A stretch of 64,000 bases of DNA from Bacteriovoracaceae bacterium (GCA_965217035.1 OZ244226.1:1346146-1410145); one strand, 5' to 3'; positions 49,806 to 60,224 are shown, numbered from the stretch's first letter. Notes: generated from the sequence alone by a model not told the origin. Numbers and translations are program-made.

Positions 49806-49933
49806 AATGCTCAAGAAATTCTTTTTCTCAAGCAGGAAAACAAATCCGAAACATCGAGGCGTATGCTCTGATACGTCGCAGATGTTGAGAGGTGAAGTTT
49901 GACGAACTTGAGGAGAAGAATGTGAAGAGCATT
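49806..49933. repeat. 128-bp imperfect palindromic element
   Basis: Nested arm pairs AATGCTC/GAGCATT, ATTCTT/AAGAAT, CTCAAG/CTTGAG, AAAC/GTTT, AACATC/GATGTT, CGTAT/ATACG. Confidence 0.75.
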
Positions 49934-51952
49934 ACGTGGCAATCACCGATAAGACAATTATATAAGGGAAAAAAAGTCCCTAAAAGCGTCGAGCAGTTGG
50001 AACAAGTTGGTATTCAAAGTTTAATTGATCTCGCATGGATCTTTCCTCATAAGTATTATCCTGTTAAAAGAGATCCCTTTCCTGAAGATTGCCAAGAAAA
50101 TGATTATGTACAAATTTCAGGTCATTTAAAAAACTTAAAAACGCGTCCAATATTTGCACGTAAGATTCGAATGTTTAACCTCAACGCTCTCCTTATGACA
50201 GATAAAGGTGCCTTTAGAGTGACTTGGTTTAATGCTTATCCTAATATGGTCAGTAAAATTAAAACTAAATTCCAAAACCAATCTGAAATCACCCTAGAAG
50301 GAAACGTTGGTTTTTTTGGAGCCTCTGTCCAGCTTACGAATCCTAAATTCAATGACAATGAAATTGAAGAGGAGGATAAGATCTTTTATCCGACAGTTAA
50401 TAAAGTAAAAGGAACATTCATTGAAAAATTGATTGCTAAAATTCCTGTCGAGCTTTATGAAACAATACCTGAAATTCCAGGACGAGAGACATTAAAAAAT
50501 TCCTTACTTGCTCTTCATAATAAAAACGATCAAATGAAACCTCCCCAAGCACTCAAACGAATCAAATATCAAGAGTTTTTTCTCGATCAGCTTAAAGCGA
50601 TGATCAGAAGAGAAGTTCGGAACTCTCGAACCGTCGATAAAATTTCAATTGATCCAAAAAAATATAAAGAAATCCTTCAAACTCTCCCTTATGAATTAAC
50701 AGATGATCAGGATTCTTGTCTCAGAGACATTATGAATGATCTTAACTTAGGATATCCGATTTCAAGACTTGTCCAAGGAGATGTTGGTTGTGGAAAAACG
50801 ACTATTGCCCAAATAAGCGCTCAATTGATGATTGATAAAGGATTTCAAGTTGCCTTCATGGCGCCAACAGAAAACCTAGCAAAACAACATTATCAAAACT
50901 TAAAAGATATTATTCCTGGAACAATCCTTTTAACTTCTTCTTTAAAGACAAAAGAAAAAAGAGAGGTTCTAAAAAAAATAGCCTCAGGAGAAGCCACTCT
51001 TGCTGTTGGAACTCATAGTTTATTTCAAGCAGGAGTAGAGTTTAAAAATCTCGGTTTTTCTATTATTGATGAGCAACATAAATTTGGAGTCAATCAAAGG
51101 ATTTCACTTATTAATAAAGCCGTTCTTCCTCACTGTCTTCTCATGACAGCGACTCCAATACCGAGAACATTGCGATTAACTCAATTTAGAGATCTAGATG
51201 TTTCAGTTATTAAACAAATGCCTGGAAACCGAAAAAAAATTAGTACTCGAATCGTCAATCATCAAAATATCGATAAATATCTCAGTTTTTTAAAAACGAG
51301 AGTCGACATGGGAGAACAGGTTTATATCGTTCTTCCTAATATTGAAAAATCAGAAAGACGTGATTCTCATTCGCTCGAAGAAATTTTAGAAGAATATAAA
51401 AAATTCTTCCCGAGTTATAAAATCGCAGCAGTCCATGGAAAAATGGATAGTGAAGACTCAGCTGCTATTCTCAATCAATTTAGAGAAAAAAAAGTCCAAA
51501 TCTTGATTAGTACAACTGTTATTGAGGTTGGAATTCATATTGCTAATGCGACTGTCATGGCGATTTATAACCCAGAACTCTTTGGTCTTAGTTCGCTTCA
51601 CCAATTACGAGGTCGAGTTGGTCGTGGTGGAAAACCCGGATTTTGTTTTTTAGTCAATTTGAAAAAAATCAATGAGACCCAACTTCAACGATTAAAAACA
51701 TTTGAGAAAGAACATGATGGCTTTAAAATATCAGAGCATGATCTCGCCTTTAGAGGCGAGGGTGATTTATTTGGGGCCCAACAGTCAGGTTTTGTTTTAG
51801 AAAGAAGAATTTCACATTATTTAGAAGATAATGAGATATTTGATAATGTCATTGAAGATTTTGAGCAATTTAGCGTCAATAGAGAGATCCTGGAAAATCA
51901 AGCCCGCTTTTTTAATCTCTATGAAAACGATTATATTAATAAGTATATATAA
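49922..51952 (+). CDS. recG: ATP-dependent DNA helicase RecG
   Basis: QGDVGCGKT, MAPTE.LA.QH, IIDEQHKFGV.QR, MTATPIPRTL, GLSSLHQLRGRVGRG. Start GTG 49922 (GAGGAG RBS) or 49892. Confidence 0.95.
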   Translation: MKSITWQSPIRQLYKGKKVPKSVEQLEQVGIQSLIDLAWIFPHKYYPVKRDPFPEDCQENDYVQISGHLKNLKTRPIFARKIRMFNLNALLMTDKGAFRVTWFNAYPNMVSKIKTKFQNQSEITLEGNVGFFGASVQLTNPKFNDNEIEEEDKIFYPTVNKVKGTFIEKLIAKIPVELYETIPEIPGRETLKNSLLALHNKNDQMKPPQALKRIKYQEFFLDQLKAMIRREVRNSRTVDKISIDPKKYKEILQTLPYELTDDQDSCLRDIMNDLNLGYPISRLVQGDVGCGKTTIAQISAQLMIDKGFQVAFMAPTENLAKQHYQNLKDIIPGTILLTSSLKTKEKREVLKKIASGEATLAVGTHSLFQAGVEFKNLGFSIIDEQHKFGVNQRISLINKAVLPHCLLMTATPIPRTLRLTQFRDLDVSVIKQMPGNRKKISTRIVNHQNIDKYLSFLKTRVDMGEQVYIVLPNIEKSERRDSHSLEEILEEYKKFFPSYKIAAVHGKMDSEDSAAILNQFREKKVQILISTTVIEVGIHIANATVMAIYNPELFGLSSLHQLRGRVGRGGKPGFCFLVNLKKINETQLQRLKTFEKEHDGFKISEHDLAFRGEGDLFGAQQSGFVLERRISHYLEDNEIFDNVIEDFEQFSVNREILENQARFFNLYENDYINKYI

Positions 51953-51973
51953 TACTTATATAAGGGTTAGTAG

Positions 51974-52375
51974 ATGATTAGTTTAAATTTCGAACATGCC
52001 AAGGATCCCAATTACTTAGGACTAAGAGAAATTAATCGAAATTCTATTACAATGGGACCTGAAGGTATGATTTTCATCGAAAAGGATTTTTTCCCTTATC
52101 CACAGATTCACATAAAGATCAAAGAAGGGAAGTTATTATTCCAGATTGATCGAGGGGATCATTACTTAATTCATAATGGAAAAAGATCAAAGCTTCCGGT
52201 TGTTGTTGATAAGGGCGATCGAATTGAAATGGAACACTTTCGTTTTCAAATTATTGATTTTGAAAATATCAAATACACCTCTTATCGAAACTTCACAAGT
52301 CAGGTACTTGAAGAAACGCAAAATAAACCAGAGCTCATTAATCTTGTGAGTCAATTAACAAGTTATTTGGATTAA
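51974..52375 (+). CDS. Hypothetical protein, possible degenerate FHA-like fold
   Basis: HNGKR...V..GDRIEM; lacks the GR and SxxH phosphopeptide-binding residues. Confidence 0.5.
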   Translation: MISLNFEHAKDPNYLGLREINRNSITMGPEGMIFIEKDFFPYPQIHIKIKEGKLLFQIDRGDHYLIHNGKRSKLPVVVDKGDRIEMEHFRFQIIDFENIKYTSYRNFTSQVLEETQNKPELINLVSQLTSYLD

Positions 52376-52376
52376 A

Positions 52377-53258
52377 ATGTACCAAGGTTTTGAGTCTCGC
52401 TATTTTACAACATCAGATAAAGAGACCATTCATTATATTTTGAATTTTAACCCTTCATTAAAAAAAGAAAAACCAGTTATTGTTTTTAATTATGGTCTTG
52501 TTTGTAATTTTAAACATTGGGAACCTCAACTGAATTACTTTCATAAGCAAGGTTATCCAGTCCTCTCTTATGATTATCGAGGACATTTTAAATCTTCAGG
52601 AAAGAACAATATAGAGCTCCTAACCCTTGATCAATTTTCAAAAGATCTCAATGAACTTCTCTATTTTCTTCATATAGATAAAGTTTGCATGGCTGGTCAT
52701 AGCATGGGAGTTAATGTCTGTGTTAATTATGCTGTTAAATATCCTGAAAGCGTTATTAATCTTTCACTTATAAGCGGTACTGTTTTCGATGTTTCTAATA
52801 TTTTGATGAATAATGAATTTAATAAAGTTCTCATCCCTCTTTTAACAAAAACATCTAAAAAGTATCCAGATAGCTTTAATCGAATTTGGGAGATTGTAAG
52901 TACAAATTTTATTACGACTGAAGTTGTAAGAACTATGGGCTTTAACACAAAAACAGTTCCTCGTTCCTTCGTTAAATATTACTTAAGAAAAGTAAATGAA
53001 CTTGGACCTCACATTTTTTTTCAACTTTTAAATCAAATGACCAACACGAACCTATTACCTCACTTACCCACTATCACGCAGCCTTCGCTTGTCATTGTTG
53101 GTGATAACGACAAAGTTTTGCCACCAAGTTACCAAAAGATTATCCATGACAACCTAAAAAACTCAGAACTCTTTATGGTTAAAAATGGAAGTCATGTGCC
53201 GCAAATCGACTTTCCTAAGCAGATAAACGCTAAAATAGAGAGTTTTATCAAAAGCTAA
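52377..53258 (+). CDS. Alpha/beta hydrolase
   Basis: DYRGHFKS, GHSMG nucleophile elbow, GDNDKV, GSHVP. Confidence 0.9.
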   Translation: MYQGFESRYFTTSDKETIHYILNFNPSLKKEKPVIVFNYGLVCNFKHWEPQLNYFHKQGYPVLSYDYRGHFKSSGKNNIELLTLDQFSKDLNELLYFLHIDKVCMAGHSMGVNVCVNYAVKYPESVINLSLISGTVFDVSNILMNNEFNKVLIPLLTKTSKKYPDSFNRIWEIVSTNFITTEVVRTMGFNTKTVPRSFVKYYLRKVNELGPHIFFQLLNQMTNTNLLPHLPTITQPSLVIVGDNDKVLPPSYQKIIHDNLKNSELFMVKNGSHVPQIDFPKQINAKIESFIKS

Positions 53259-53385
53259 GCAATTTTTAGAGTCACTCTGACACTGACTTTATAATTTCTT
53301 CTTACTTACTTTACTCACACGAGAAAACTATACTACATTACTCAGCGAACGTGAGCAGTATGCTCAATAGCATAAGGAGTACGCT

Positions 53386-53676
53386 ATGAAAGAAATGATT
53401 CTCATCCTATCTCTTCTAGGATCCAACATCGCTTATTCAGGTCTTTTTGGTAAAAAAACAGAACCAGTCCTAAGAGTGCTGAGAAACGGTCAAATCGTTA
53501 AGGTTATTAAAGCCAGAAAAACAATTCAATCAATCGAACCAACTGGACTCAATGTACATGCTGACAGTGTTGCCGAACTCATAAAGTACGCTGAAGAAAT
53601 GACAAAGGGAAAAAAACTTTCAAAAAGAAAGAAGAAGAATTTAATTATCAGCCTACTTGCCGAGCCAATTGATTAA
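53386..53676 (+). CDS. Small secreted hypothetical protein
   Basis: TAAGGAG RBS; signal peptide ending AYS. Confidence 0.75.
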   Translation: MKEMILILSLLGSNIAYSGLFGKKTEPVLRVLRNGQIVKVIKARKTIQSIEPTGLNVHADSVAELIKYAEEMTKGKKLSKRKKKNLIISLLAEPID

Positions 53677-53679
53677 ACT

Positions 53680-54933
53680 TCAAGCAAGATCCTGCCCTTT
53701 ATATCTTAATAATGGCTTAAACAGCCGAATCATAGCTGAACGTAATTGGGCCGCCTTGTAATCATCGTGACTAGCTTCGCCTTCCGTATTTTTCTTATGG
53801 CTTTTATAATCCGTTATTTGAACCTCATAGGGATAAAAGAACCGAATGCTTTTTGAAATACTAGAAGTATCGAGTTTTTGTACACTCTTTGATAACGGAT
53901 TTTTCTCATCTTCAGCTGCAAGCTTCTTGAGTTTTGATAATTGATGATAAAAAGGATTGGTATATTTAATCAACTGCCTACAAGTGAAATGAATGGCCCT
54001 ATACTCCTCCAGGGAATGACGATTATTAGCCGCTTTAGGATCTTTTTTAATACCGGGTTCACTTGAAATCGCAATTTCCTGAAATTTCTTTGTCAGCTCT
54101 TTAGGAGATAACTCTCCTTTAAGACATTGCTTATATAAATTATTATAAGACTTTTTAAATTTATCGAGATCAATCAAAGAGTTATGTGAACGACTCGGTT
54201 TTATATTATGTGGAATCACAACAAAATTTTCTAAAAGAAACCAAAGAACTTTTAGAGAATCGGCCCTTTCGAAAGTCACAAGTCGAATCCCAACCCGATC
54301 AAAAAGCTCCTCTGCCACGTTCTCTTTTTTGTGGAGCAATTTAATAATAACACTCTCTCTTGATTTCTTAGCTTTTGTTTCAAAAGCTTTAATCGGTATC
54401 AGCTTTGATTTATCCGGAGTTCTCAAACAAAGCCGGTTCATCCAATCACGATGGATATACTTGTAATAACGATCAAAAATTTGAGTTTGAATCGTATTAA
54501 AGTAGTTATATCTGAGATCCTTATCAACATGAAGAATCGTGTGCATAACCTTCAATACAATTCCAGCCCAAAGACTAAGCTCAACTTTGTCTCTATCTTT
54601 AATTCCTTCTGTCGAAAGAAGAAAAAGTTTTGATATATCAGTAATACCCAAAAGTTCATTAGGAATCTTAAGGTCTAAGCCTTCTTTTCTTCCTGTCTTT
54701 AAAAAAAACTTTCTAATGAATTGAAGAGCTTCTTGGTAATTACCAAAAAGTTCAGCCTGCTCAATCGGATTATCCAAGTCAATTCCATAACCGTTCAAAA
54801 AGTTAAGAACATCATCTTGGTTTTTAACTTGGCCGAGAAATGACGCGGAATCGAGGGCTGACTGATTCGTCAAAATAACATCGAGCAATTCAAAATTGAG
54901 ATAGAATTCGCTCTCAAACTCTTTTCTTTCCAT
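53680..54933 (-). CDS. TIGR04552-type protein with RelA/SpoT-like nucleotidyltransferase motifs
   Basis: K..RESVIIKLLHK.ENVAEELFDRVGIR, EYRAIHFTCRQLI, FFYPYEVQI. Start probably ATG 54933. Confidence 0.8.
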   Translation of the reverse strand: MERKEFESEFYLNFELLDVILTNQSALDSASFLGQVKNQDDVLNFLNGYGIDLDNPIEQAELFGNYQEALQFIRKFFLKTGRKEGLDLKIPNELLGITDISKLFLLSTEGIKDRDKVELSLWAGIVLKVMHTILHVDKDLRYNYFNTIQTQIFDRYYKYIHRDWMNRLCLRTPDKSKLIPIKAFETKAKKSRESVIIKLLHKKENVAEELFDRVGIRLVTFERADSLKVLWFLLENFVVIPHNIKPSRSHNSLIDLDKFKKSYNNLYKQCLKGELSPKELTKKFQEIAISSEPGIKKDPKAANNRHSLEEYRAIHFTCRQLIKYTNPFYHQLSKLKKLAAEDEKNPLSKSVQKLDTSSISKSIRFFYPYEVQITDYKSHKKNTEGEASHDDYKAAQLRSAMIRLFKPLLRYKGQDLA

Positions 54934-54982
54934 GGAGCACACATTATTAGATAATTTGTGCTCAATAACAAGGAAGCTTATC

Positions 54983-55462
54983 TTGCTTAAAACAACGTAT
55001 AGATTATATTTATCCATGTTCGGTTCTGGGTTTTCACCTATCGCTCCTGGGACAGCAGGAAGCCTTGCAACAATACCTCTCGTTTACCTAACCCTTGAAG
55101 TAGTAGAACTGGACCTCGCGATCGGCTTTTTTCTTGGACTGACTTTTTTGAGCTACGTCATTCTTAATTTTTATATGAAAAAATTCGGCCAAGGAGAAAA
55201 AGATCCAAAGTGGGTCGTTCAAGACGAAGTTTCTGGCTTTTTACTCGCAGCGCTAATTCTAAAATTTCTTGGAACAGAGACAATCTTACTTTTCCAAATT
55301 ATCGCTCTTTTTGTGACCTTTAGAATCTTTGATATTTTTAAGCTTTTTCCTGCCAATTATTTCGATAAGAGCGAAAAAATCAACGCTATCATGCACGATG
55401 ATTTGATTGCAGGAATTTATTCTGGATTAAGCAGTTATTTTATCCTCTCACTGATTCCCTGA
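54983..55462 (+). CDS. pgpA: Phosphatidylglycerophosphatase A
   Basis: GSGFSPIAPGTAGS, DPKWVVQDEVSG, FRIFDIFKLFP, MHDDLIAG. Likely start TTG 54983. Confidence 0.92.
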   Translation: MLKTTYRLYLSMFGSGFSPIAPGTAGSLATIPLVYLTLEVVELDLAIGFFLGLTFLSYVILNFYMKKFGQGEKDPKWVVQDEVSGFLLAALILKFLGTETILLFQIIALFVTFRIFDIFKLFPANYFDKSEKINAIMHDDLIAGIYSGLSSYFILSLIP

Positions 55463-55521
55463 GTATTTTCCAACTGTTAGTTTTGTCATTTTTTTGTCTC
55501 CCTTTGCATAGTTTATATTCA

Positions 55522-55550
55522 TTGCCGAGGCCATAGACCGGTGATACTTT
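55522..55550 (+). promoter_or_regulatory. Sigma70-type promoter of recA
   Basis: TTGCCG-17-TACTTT with an extended -10 TG. Confidence 0.5.
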
Positions 55551-55629
55551 AAAGACAATTAACCTTAGCCAATAAAGATAGCAGCTTTTTTTCGCCTTAA
55601 AGCTCTAGCTTAAAAGAAGGAGTTATTTT

Positions 55630-56727
55630 ATGGCACTTAGTAATTTTGAAAACACACCTGAAAAGAAAAAAGCACTCGACCTTGCTTTGAGCACTATCGA
55701 AAAACAATTCGGTAAAGGTTCAATCATGAAACTTGGTGAAGAAGCTAAGCAAAATGTTGCTGCTATTCCAACAGGTTCTCTTGGACTCGACATCGCCCTT
55801 GGTATCGGTGGAATTCCACAGGGAAGAATCATTGAAATTTACGGACCTGAATCTTCAGGAAAAACAACACTAACTCTTCACATCGCTGCTGAATGCCAAA
55901 AACGTGGCGGAACAGTTGCTTTCGTCGATGCTGAGCATGCTCTCGATCCTCAGTACGCCTCGAAGCTTGGTGTTGATATTCCGGCAACACTTATATCTCA
56001 ACCAGATAGTGGCGAGCAAGCTTTAGAAATTGCAGACATGCTTGTTCGTTCTGGAGCCGTTAACCTTCTTATCATCGATTCAGTTGCTGCACTTACTCCA
56101 AGAGCTGAACTTGAAGGTGATATGGGTGATGCACACATGGGTCTTCAAGCAAGACTTATGTCACAAGCACTTAGAAAATTAACAGGATCTATTTCAAGAT
56201 CTAATTGTACTGTTATCTTCATTAATCAATTAAGAATGAAAATTGGTGTTATGTTCGGTAACCCAGAAACGACGACCGGTGGTAATGCTCTTAAATTTTA
56301 CTCTTCTGTTCGTATGGACATTAGAAGAATTGCTGCAATCAAAGACGGTGACCAAGTTATTGGTAACAGAACAAGAGTTAAAGTTGTTAAAAACAAAGTT
56401 GCTCCTCCGTTTAGACAAGTTGAGTTTGATATCATGTACGGCCAAGGAATTTCACTCACAGGTGATTTACTTGATCTTGCTGTTAAAGAAGAAATTGTTC
56501 AAAAAGCGGGAGCTTGGTTCTCTTTTGAAAATGAAAAAATCGGTCAAGGACGTGAAAACTCTAAACGATTCCTTTCTGAGAACCCTGAAACACTTGCAAA
56601 AATTAAAAGCCTCGTTCTTCAAAAATATGGTCTCGAAACAGTTAACGATGCCATCCCTGCAGTGGACGAAAAGGCTAAAGAAGAAGCCAAAAAAACCGCG
56701 ACTAAATCTAAGAAGAAGCTTCAATAA
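55630..56727 (+). CDS. recA: Recombinase A
   Basis: [42 protein letters not shown]. Confidence 0.99.
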   Translation: MALSNFENTPEKKKALDLALSTIEKQFGKGSIMKLGEEAKQNVAAIPTGSLGLDIALGIGGIPQGRIIEIYGPESSGKTTLTLHIAAECQKRGGTVAFVDAEHALDPQYASKLGVDIPATLISQPDSGEQALEIADMLVRSGAVNLLIIDSVAALTPRAELEGDMGDAHMGLQARLMSQALRKLTGSISRSNCTVIFINQLRMKIGVMFGNPETTTGGNALKFYSSVRMDIRRIAAIKDGDQVIGNRTRVKVVKNKVAPPFRQVEFDIMYGQGISLTGDLLDLAVKEEIVQKAGAWFSFENEKIGQGRENSKRFLSENPETLAKIKSLVLQKYGLETVNDAIPAVDEKAKEEAKKTATKSKKKLQ

Positions 56728-56734
56728 TTCTGAT

Positions 56735-56769
56735 AAAACGAGTGGTCCGAATGGACTACTCGTTTTTTT
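56735..56769. terminator. Intrinsic terminator of recA, possibly bidirectional
   Basis: AAAACGAGTGGTCC-GAAT-GGACTACTCGTTTTTTT. Confidence 0.88.
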
Positions 56770-57355
56770 ATCCTCTCTCTAAAATTTTTAAAATATGCCC
56801 TCTCGAAACCTGATAAAGAATATCTTCTTGAAGCTTAGCTCTCTGCTTATCTTGAATACCTTTGATTTTATCCCACTTATCAGCCAATTCACGCATCTTG
56901 AGAATAATTCGATTTTTGCTTCTAGGGAAAAAACCTTGCCTTGAAATTTTTCTTAAAAGGCCAAATATGTACTGATTATGTTCGAGAGTATTATCTTTAG
57001 CATCCACTCGAAATTTTATATAACGCTTTAAATCTTTTATCATTTTTTCCTGTCTTGGGACCGGATAATGAGTAATTTCATTAAGAACCGCTTTAGAAAA
57101 AGAAAAACTTATCAATGAACTGGCAAAGCAAGAGAAATCATTTTGCTCTAATTCTTTCAAGGTTCTAAAGTGCGATTTTCCATAATCTAAACTCACTAGA
57201 CGAATATCATTATCGTGACTTACTAACTCTCTTTCTGAAATTTCAGAAAAGTTTAGTGCTTCAATTTTTTTAAACTTTGCAATACAAGTATTTTTTTGAA
57301 CTTCAACCTTCGAGCAAGAGATAATGATGAGAAGTAGGAAAGTTTTCCACTGCAT
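56768..57355 (-). CDS. Hypothetical lipoprotein
   Basis: Lipobox IISC; GGAGG RBS. Confidence 0.75.
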   Translation of the reverse strand: MQWKTFLLLIIISCSKVEVQKNTCIAKFKKIEALNFSEISERELVSHDNDIRLVSLDYGKSHFRTLKELEQNDFSCFASSLISFSFSKAVLNEITHYPVPRQEKMIKDLKRYIKFRVDAKDNTLEHNQYIFGLLRKISRQGFFPRSKNRIILKMRELADKWDKIKGIQDKQRAKLQEDILYQVSRGHILKILERG

Positions 57356-57413
57356 ACAGCCTCCGGACTTCTATTTATATCATGTTCTGAAATACAGATA
57401 AGGGGGAAAATTT

Positions 57414-59240
57414 TTAAAAATAATAAGACAAAATAAATTCAGAAACTTCCACGCTGTCGAACTCTTCGTAGCGTAATCGGGCCAGCCAATTTTTTCCGAC
57501 TTGATATCCGAGTTCTATATTTATCTTATTTAGATTACCATTCAAGCTCTTAAAATTAAGATTTTGGAATTCAAGACTTGTGCTAAACCTTTCATATTCA
57601 TAACGAGTAACAAGCTTGGGTCCATAACCCAAATCTCCTCTTCGATAAAACCCCTTAAAACTCAGAGTCTCTAAGTGAGCACCAAGATAGAAAAGAAGAT
57701 CATTAAATTGCTTGGCAACTCCTCCTGAAAAATTCAAAACTCCCTCTAGCTTTTCTTTAATCAAGTTTCTCTGAAGCTTTACGTCAAGATCCCAACTTAT
57801 AGCGCGATTAATTAATGAATAAGGTTTATAAGCACGTATTTTCAAAAGTGCCAGCCGTTGAACCTCAATATCATCTTTAAACTTAAATTGAGCTGTTCCC
57901 ATATCCATATGAAAATTTTTTCCATAACCAAAACTTGGATCAATTAATTGATGAAGAGCTGCTTTATGTTGAAAGATAAACCGATCATCAGAATCAAGTC
58001 CTATCGTAAATCTTCTGGCCCTATGACCTCGTACTGGATCAGCCTTATTATAGGAGAGCTTAGCCTTGTTGAGGGGTAATTGAGCTCTTCTACTTAGGAG
58101 CTTATTTTTAAAAGCTTTTTCTTGAGATTTATCATTTAGCAATGCTTTATAATATTTTCGATCATAGTATTCAATGAAAGTATCATAAACCTGGACATCT
58201 TTTACTTTTAGAATCCTCTCTGATTCATCTACCAAAGTTTCAAATTGTTTTTTTTGATTGGAGTTTAAAGAGCTCCAATTCTTTTCTAAGCGAGAATAAA
58301 TTGATGGACGAAATCTCCTCTTTCCTAAAAGACCACTATCTGAAAGCGCGAAAAGAGTATCAATAGGAATAACAATTTTATGAAGAGGATCTAAAATTTT
58401 TCTTTGAGGTACTGTCGCTTGAATCAATCCAAGAATGTGATAACTACAATTTTCAGAAAAATAAAAATAATCACTTTTTACGGTCTTTAATTCCCACAAG
58501 TGAGCCATTAAATACTCTATTTCTTCTTTGGTTAGTTTTAATTCATATTCCCAAAGATCTCTCGATTCTCCGTCTCGATATTCTCTAACCTTCCAATAGT
58601 AAGGAAAAATTTTATAAGTTGCAGTATAAAGCCCTGCAATTCCTTTAATTCCATATAAAAACGCATTTTCCCCTGGAGGAACATCTGCGGAATAATCAAG
58701 ACTAAAATCTAAAAGATCAGAAGGTTTTTTATCATTAGCTTGAAATCGTAAAAAAGTATGACCGAAAGCCGAGGCAGGATTGTTAACATAATAAGAAGCA
58801 AAAACTACCCAAATTTTTTTTACATTAGTTTGCTTCAAAAAAAATTGATATTCCTTGCATTTAGATAAGTCTGCTTTGAATTGATACCCATTCTTTTGGA
58901 ATAACTTAAGTCTTGCCGGGTATTGGCAGAACTTCTCCCCTTTTTTAAATGCTTCAAAAGTTGCCCTCCACTCTGATTGAGGGTTTTTCTTTCCATCTGA
59001 CGCAATAAAAAATCTAGGATCATCTATTTGACTGACATAAGTCTTGTAAAGAATGTGTTCATACTTTCCAGCAAGTAACCATTCACGAGATAATGAAAAA
59101 TCTTTTTGAGCAAAAGAAAGGGGAGCTAATCCTAGCCCCCCGATCGTTATTAAAAGAAAAGTTAAAATAACTTTCTTATAAAACTGTTTCGATCTTTTCC
59201 CAAATTTCTTCAGAAGAAGAATTTTTTGCAAAGATATCAT
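57414..59240 (-). CDS. DUF4105 (Lnb-N-like) domain protein with a beta-rich C-terminus
   Basis: CQYPAR, SAFGHTFLR, EYRDGESRDLWEY.L, YYF.SENCS; ends YYF. Start uncertain because it overlaps the upstream gene. Confidence 0.82.
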   Translation of the reverse strand: MISLQKILLLKKFGKRSKQFYKKVILTFLLITIGGLGLAPLSFAQKDFSLSREWLLAGKYEHILYKTYVSQIDDPRFFIASDGKKNPQSEWRATFEAFKKGEKFCQYPARLKLFQKNGYQFKADLSKCKEYQFFLKQTNVKKIWVVFASYYVNNPASAFGHTFLRFQANDKKPSDLLDFSLDYSADVPPGENAFLYGIKGIAGLYTATYKIFPYYWKVREYRDGESRDLWEYELKLTKEEIEYLMAHLWELKTVKSDYFYFSENCSYHILGLIQATVPQRKILDPLHKIVIPIDTLFALSDSGLLGKRRFRPSIYSRLEKNWSSLNSNQKKQFETLVDESERILKVKDVQVYDTFIEYYDRKYYKALLNDKSQEKAFKNKLLSRRAQLPLNKAKLSYNKADPVRGHRARRFTIGLDSDDRFIFQHKAALHQLIDPSFGYGKNFHMDMGTAQFKFKDDIEVQRLALLKIRAYKPYSLINRAISWDLDVKLQRNLIKEKLEGVLNFSGGVAKQFNDLLFYLGAHLETLSFKGFYRRGDLGYGPKLVTRYEYERFSTSLEFQNLNFKSLNGNLNKINIELGYQVGKNWLARLRYEEFDSVEVSEFILSYYF

Positions 59241-59619
59241 CGTAGTTTGAACGTAATGTATCGATTGATTTTGTATCTTCATTGATTAGGTCTAAGAAAG
59301 CATTAACCGTTTCACCTTCGCCTTTTGCGATATCATTGGCAAGAAAAACCTTGTTTGTTTCAATGAAATTGATTGCTGCAACTCTTGAGTCACCTTTACA
59401 ACCTAAAGTTCCTGTCGACATACCAAAAGTTTGGTTACCAGAACTTCCATTTAAAGTTGCTGCAAGAACGTTGAATAAAAGTCCTTTTTTTCCTTTAAGT
59501 AACATCGCACCAAGACCACAACCTGCTGGTCCATACTTCCCACTTGATCTTCTTTTCTTAGAAAAAGCTGGAGTTGATGCAAACAATGTAAGTGCTAATA
59601 CTGCTGTGATAATTCTCAT
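59176..59619 (-). CDS. DUF3015 family secreted protein
   Basis: YGPAGCGLG, NQTFGMSTGTLGC, LANDIAKGEGE. Confidence 0.88.
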   Translation of the reverse strand: MRIITAVLALTLFASTPAFSKKRRSSGKYGPAGCGLGAMLLKGKKGLLFNVLAATLNGSSGNQTFGMSTGTLGCKGDSRVAAINFIETNKVFLANDIAKGEGETVNAFLDLINEDTKSIDTLRSNYDDIFAKNSSSEEIWEKIETVL

Positions 59620-59732
59620 ATATCCTCCTTGAACACGAGCAAATAAATTAGATGCATTCCATTATGACAAAATTCTGGATTTAAGTCTAAATTATTTGGC
59701 TGAATTCAAAAAATTGAGTTTAATAGAAGAGT

Positions 59733-60224
59733 ATGAAAGACTGTTATTCAAGTTCTCTTAAACTCCTTGTTCGTCGTGATTACTCCACCTATAAGATCAC
59801 TCAAAAACTTTTGGAAAAAGGTTACCCTCATGATGAAGTCGAAAAAACTCTTGAAAAACTTAAATCTCAAAATTATTTAAATGATCAAAATTACCTAGAG
59901 GGTAGAGTTAGACACTACGCAAGAAACAAAAAGGGGCCGCATTATATTCTTCAAAAATGCGAAGAAGAGAGATTGTCGGTGACAGAGGAGTTTATTTATC
60001 AAACCTATAAGGAACTAGGACTCACTATCCCCCAAATGATTCGTGAACACATTGCCAAAAAACTTCTTTTTCACAATATTCAAATACAAGAATTAGATCG
60101 AGAAAAGCGGTTTAAACTCTATTCAAAGCTTTCAAGGCATTTACTCTCTAAAGGCTATATTGTAAAAAATATTGAACAGTATTTAGCCAAAGAGAGTAAC
60201 GATGGAAGCGAAGATAATTCGTAG
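59733..60224 (+). CDS. recX: RecX regulator
   Basis: LL.RRDYS..I.QKL..KGY, YLND..Y, KGP..I, L.SKGY; lies between recA and alaS. Confidence 0.85.
   Translation: MKDCYSSSLKLLVRRDYSTYKITQKLLEKGYPHDEVEKTLEKLKSQNYLNDQNYLEGRVRHYARNKKGPHYILQKCEEERLSVTEEFIYQTYKELGLTIPQMIREHIAKKLLFHNIQIQELDREKRFKLYSKLSRHLLSKGYIVKNIEQYLAKESNDGSEDNS

Noticed and set aside
54931..55017. Long head-to-head overlap of pgpA and the TIGR04552-type gene
   Set aside because: Disappears when the likely starts (ATG 54933 on minus, TTG 54983 on plus) are used.
55463..55629. LexA box upstream of recA
   Set aside because: No convincing palindrome matching a LexA consensus I can recognise.
56243..56782. 179-aa alternate-frame ORF in recA, and similar shadow ORFs in gatB, lon, alaS and the flagellins
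   Set aside because: Fully overlap conserved genes and have no motifs; consistent with codon-bias artefacts.
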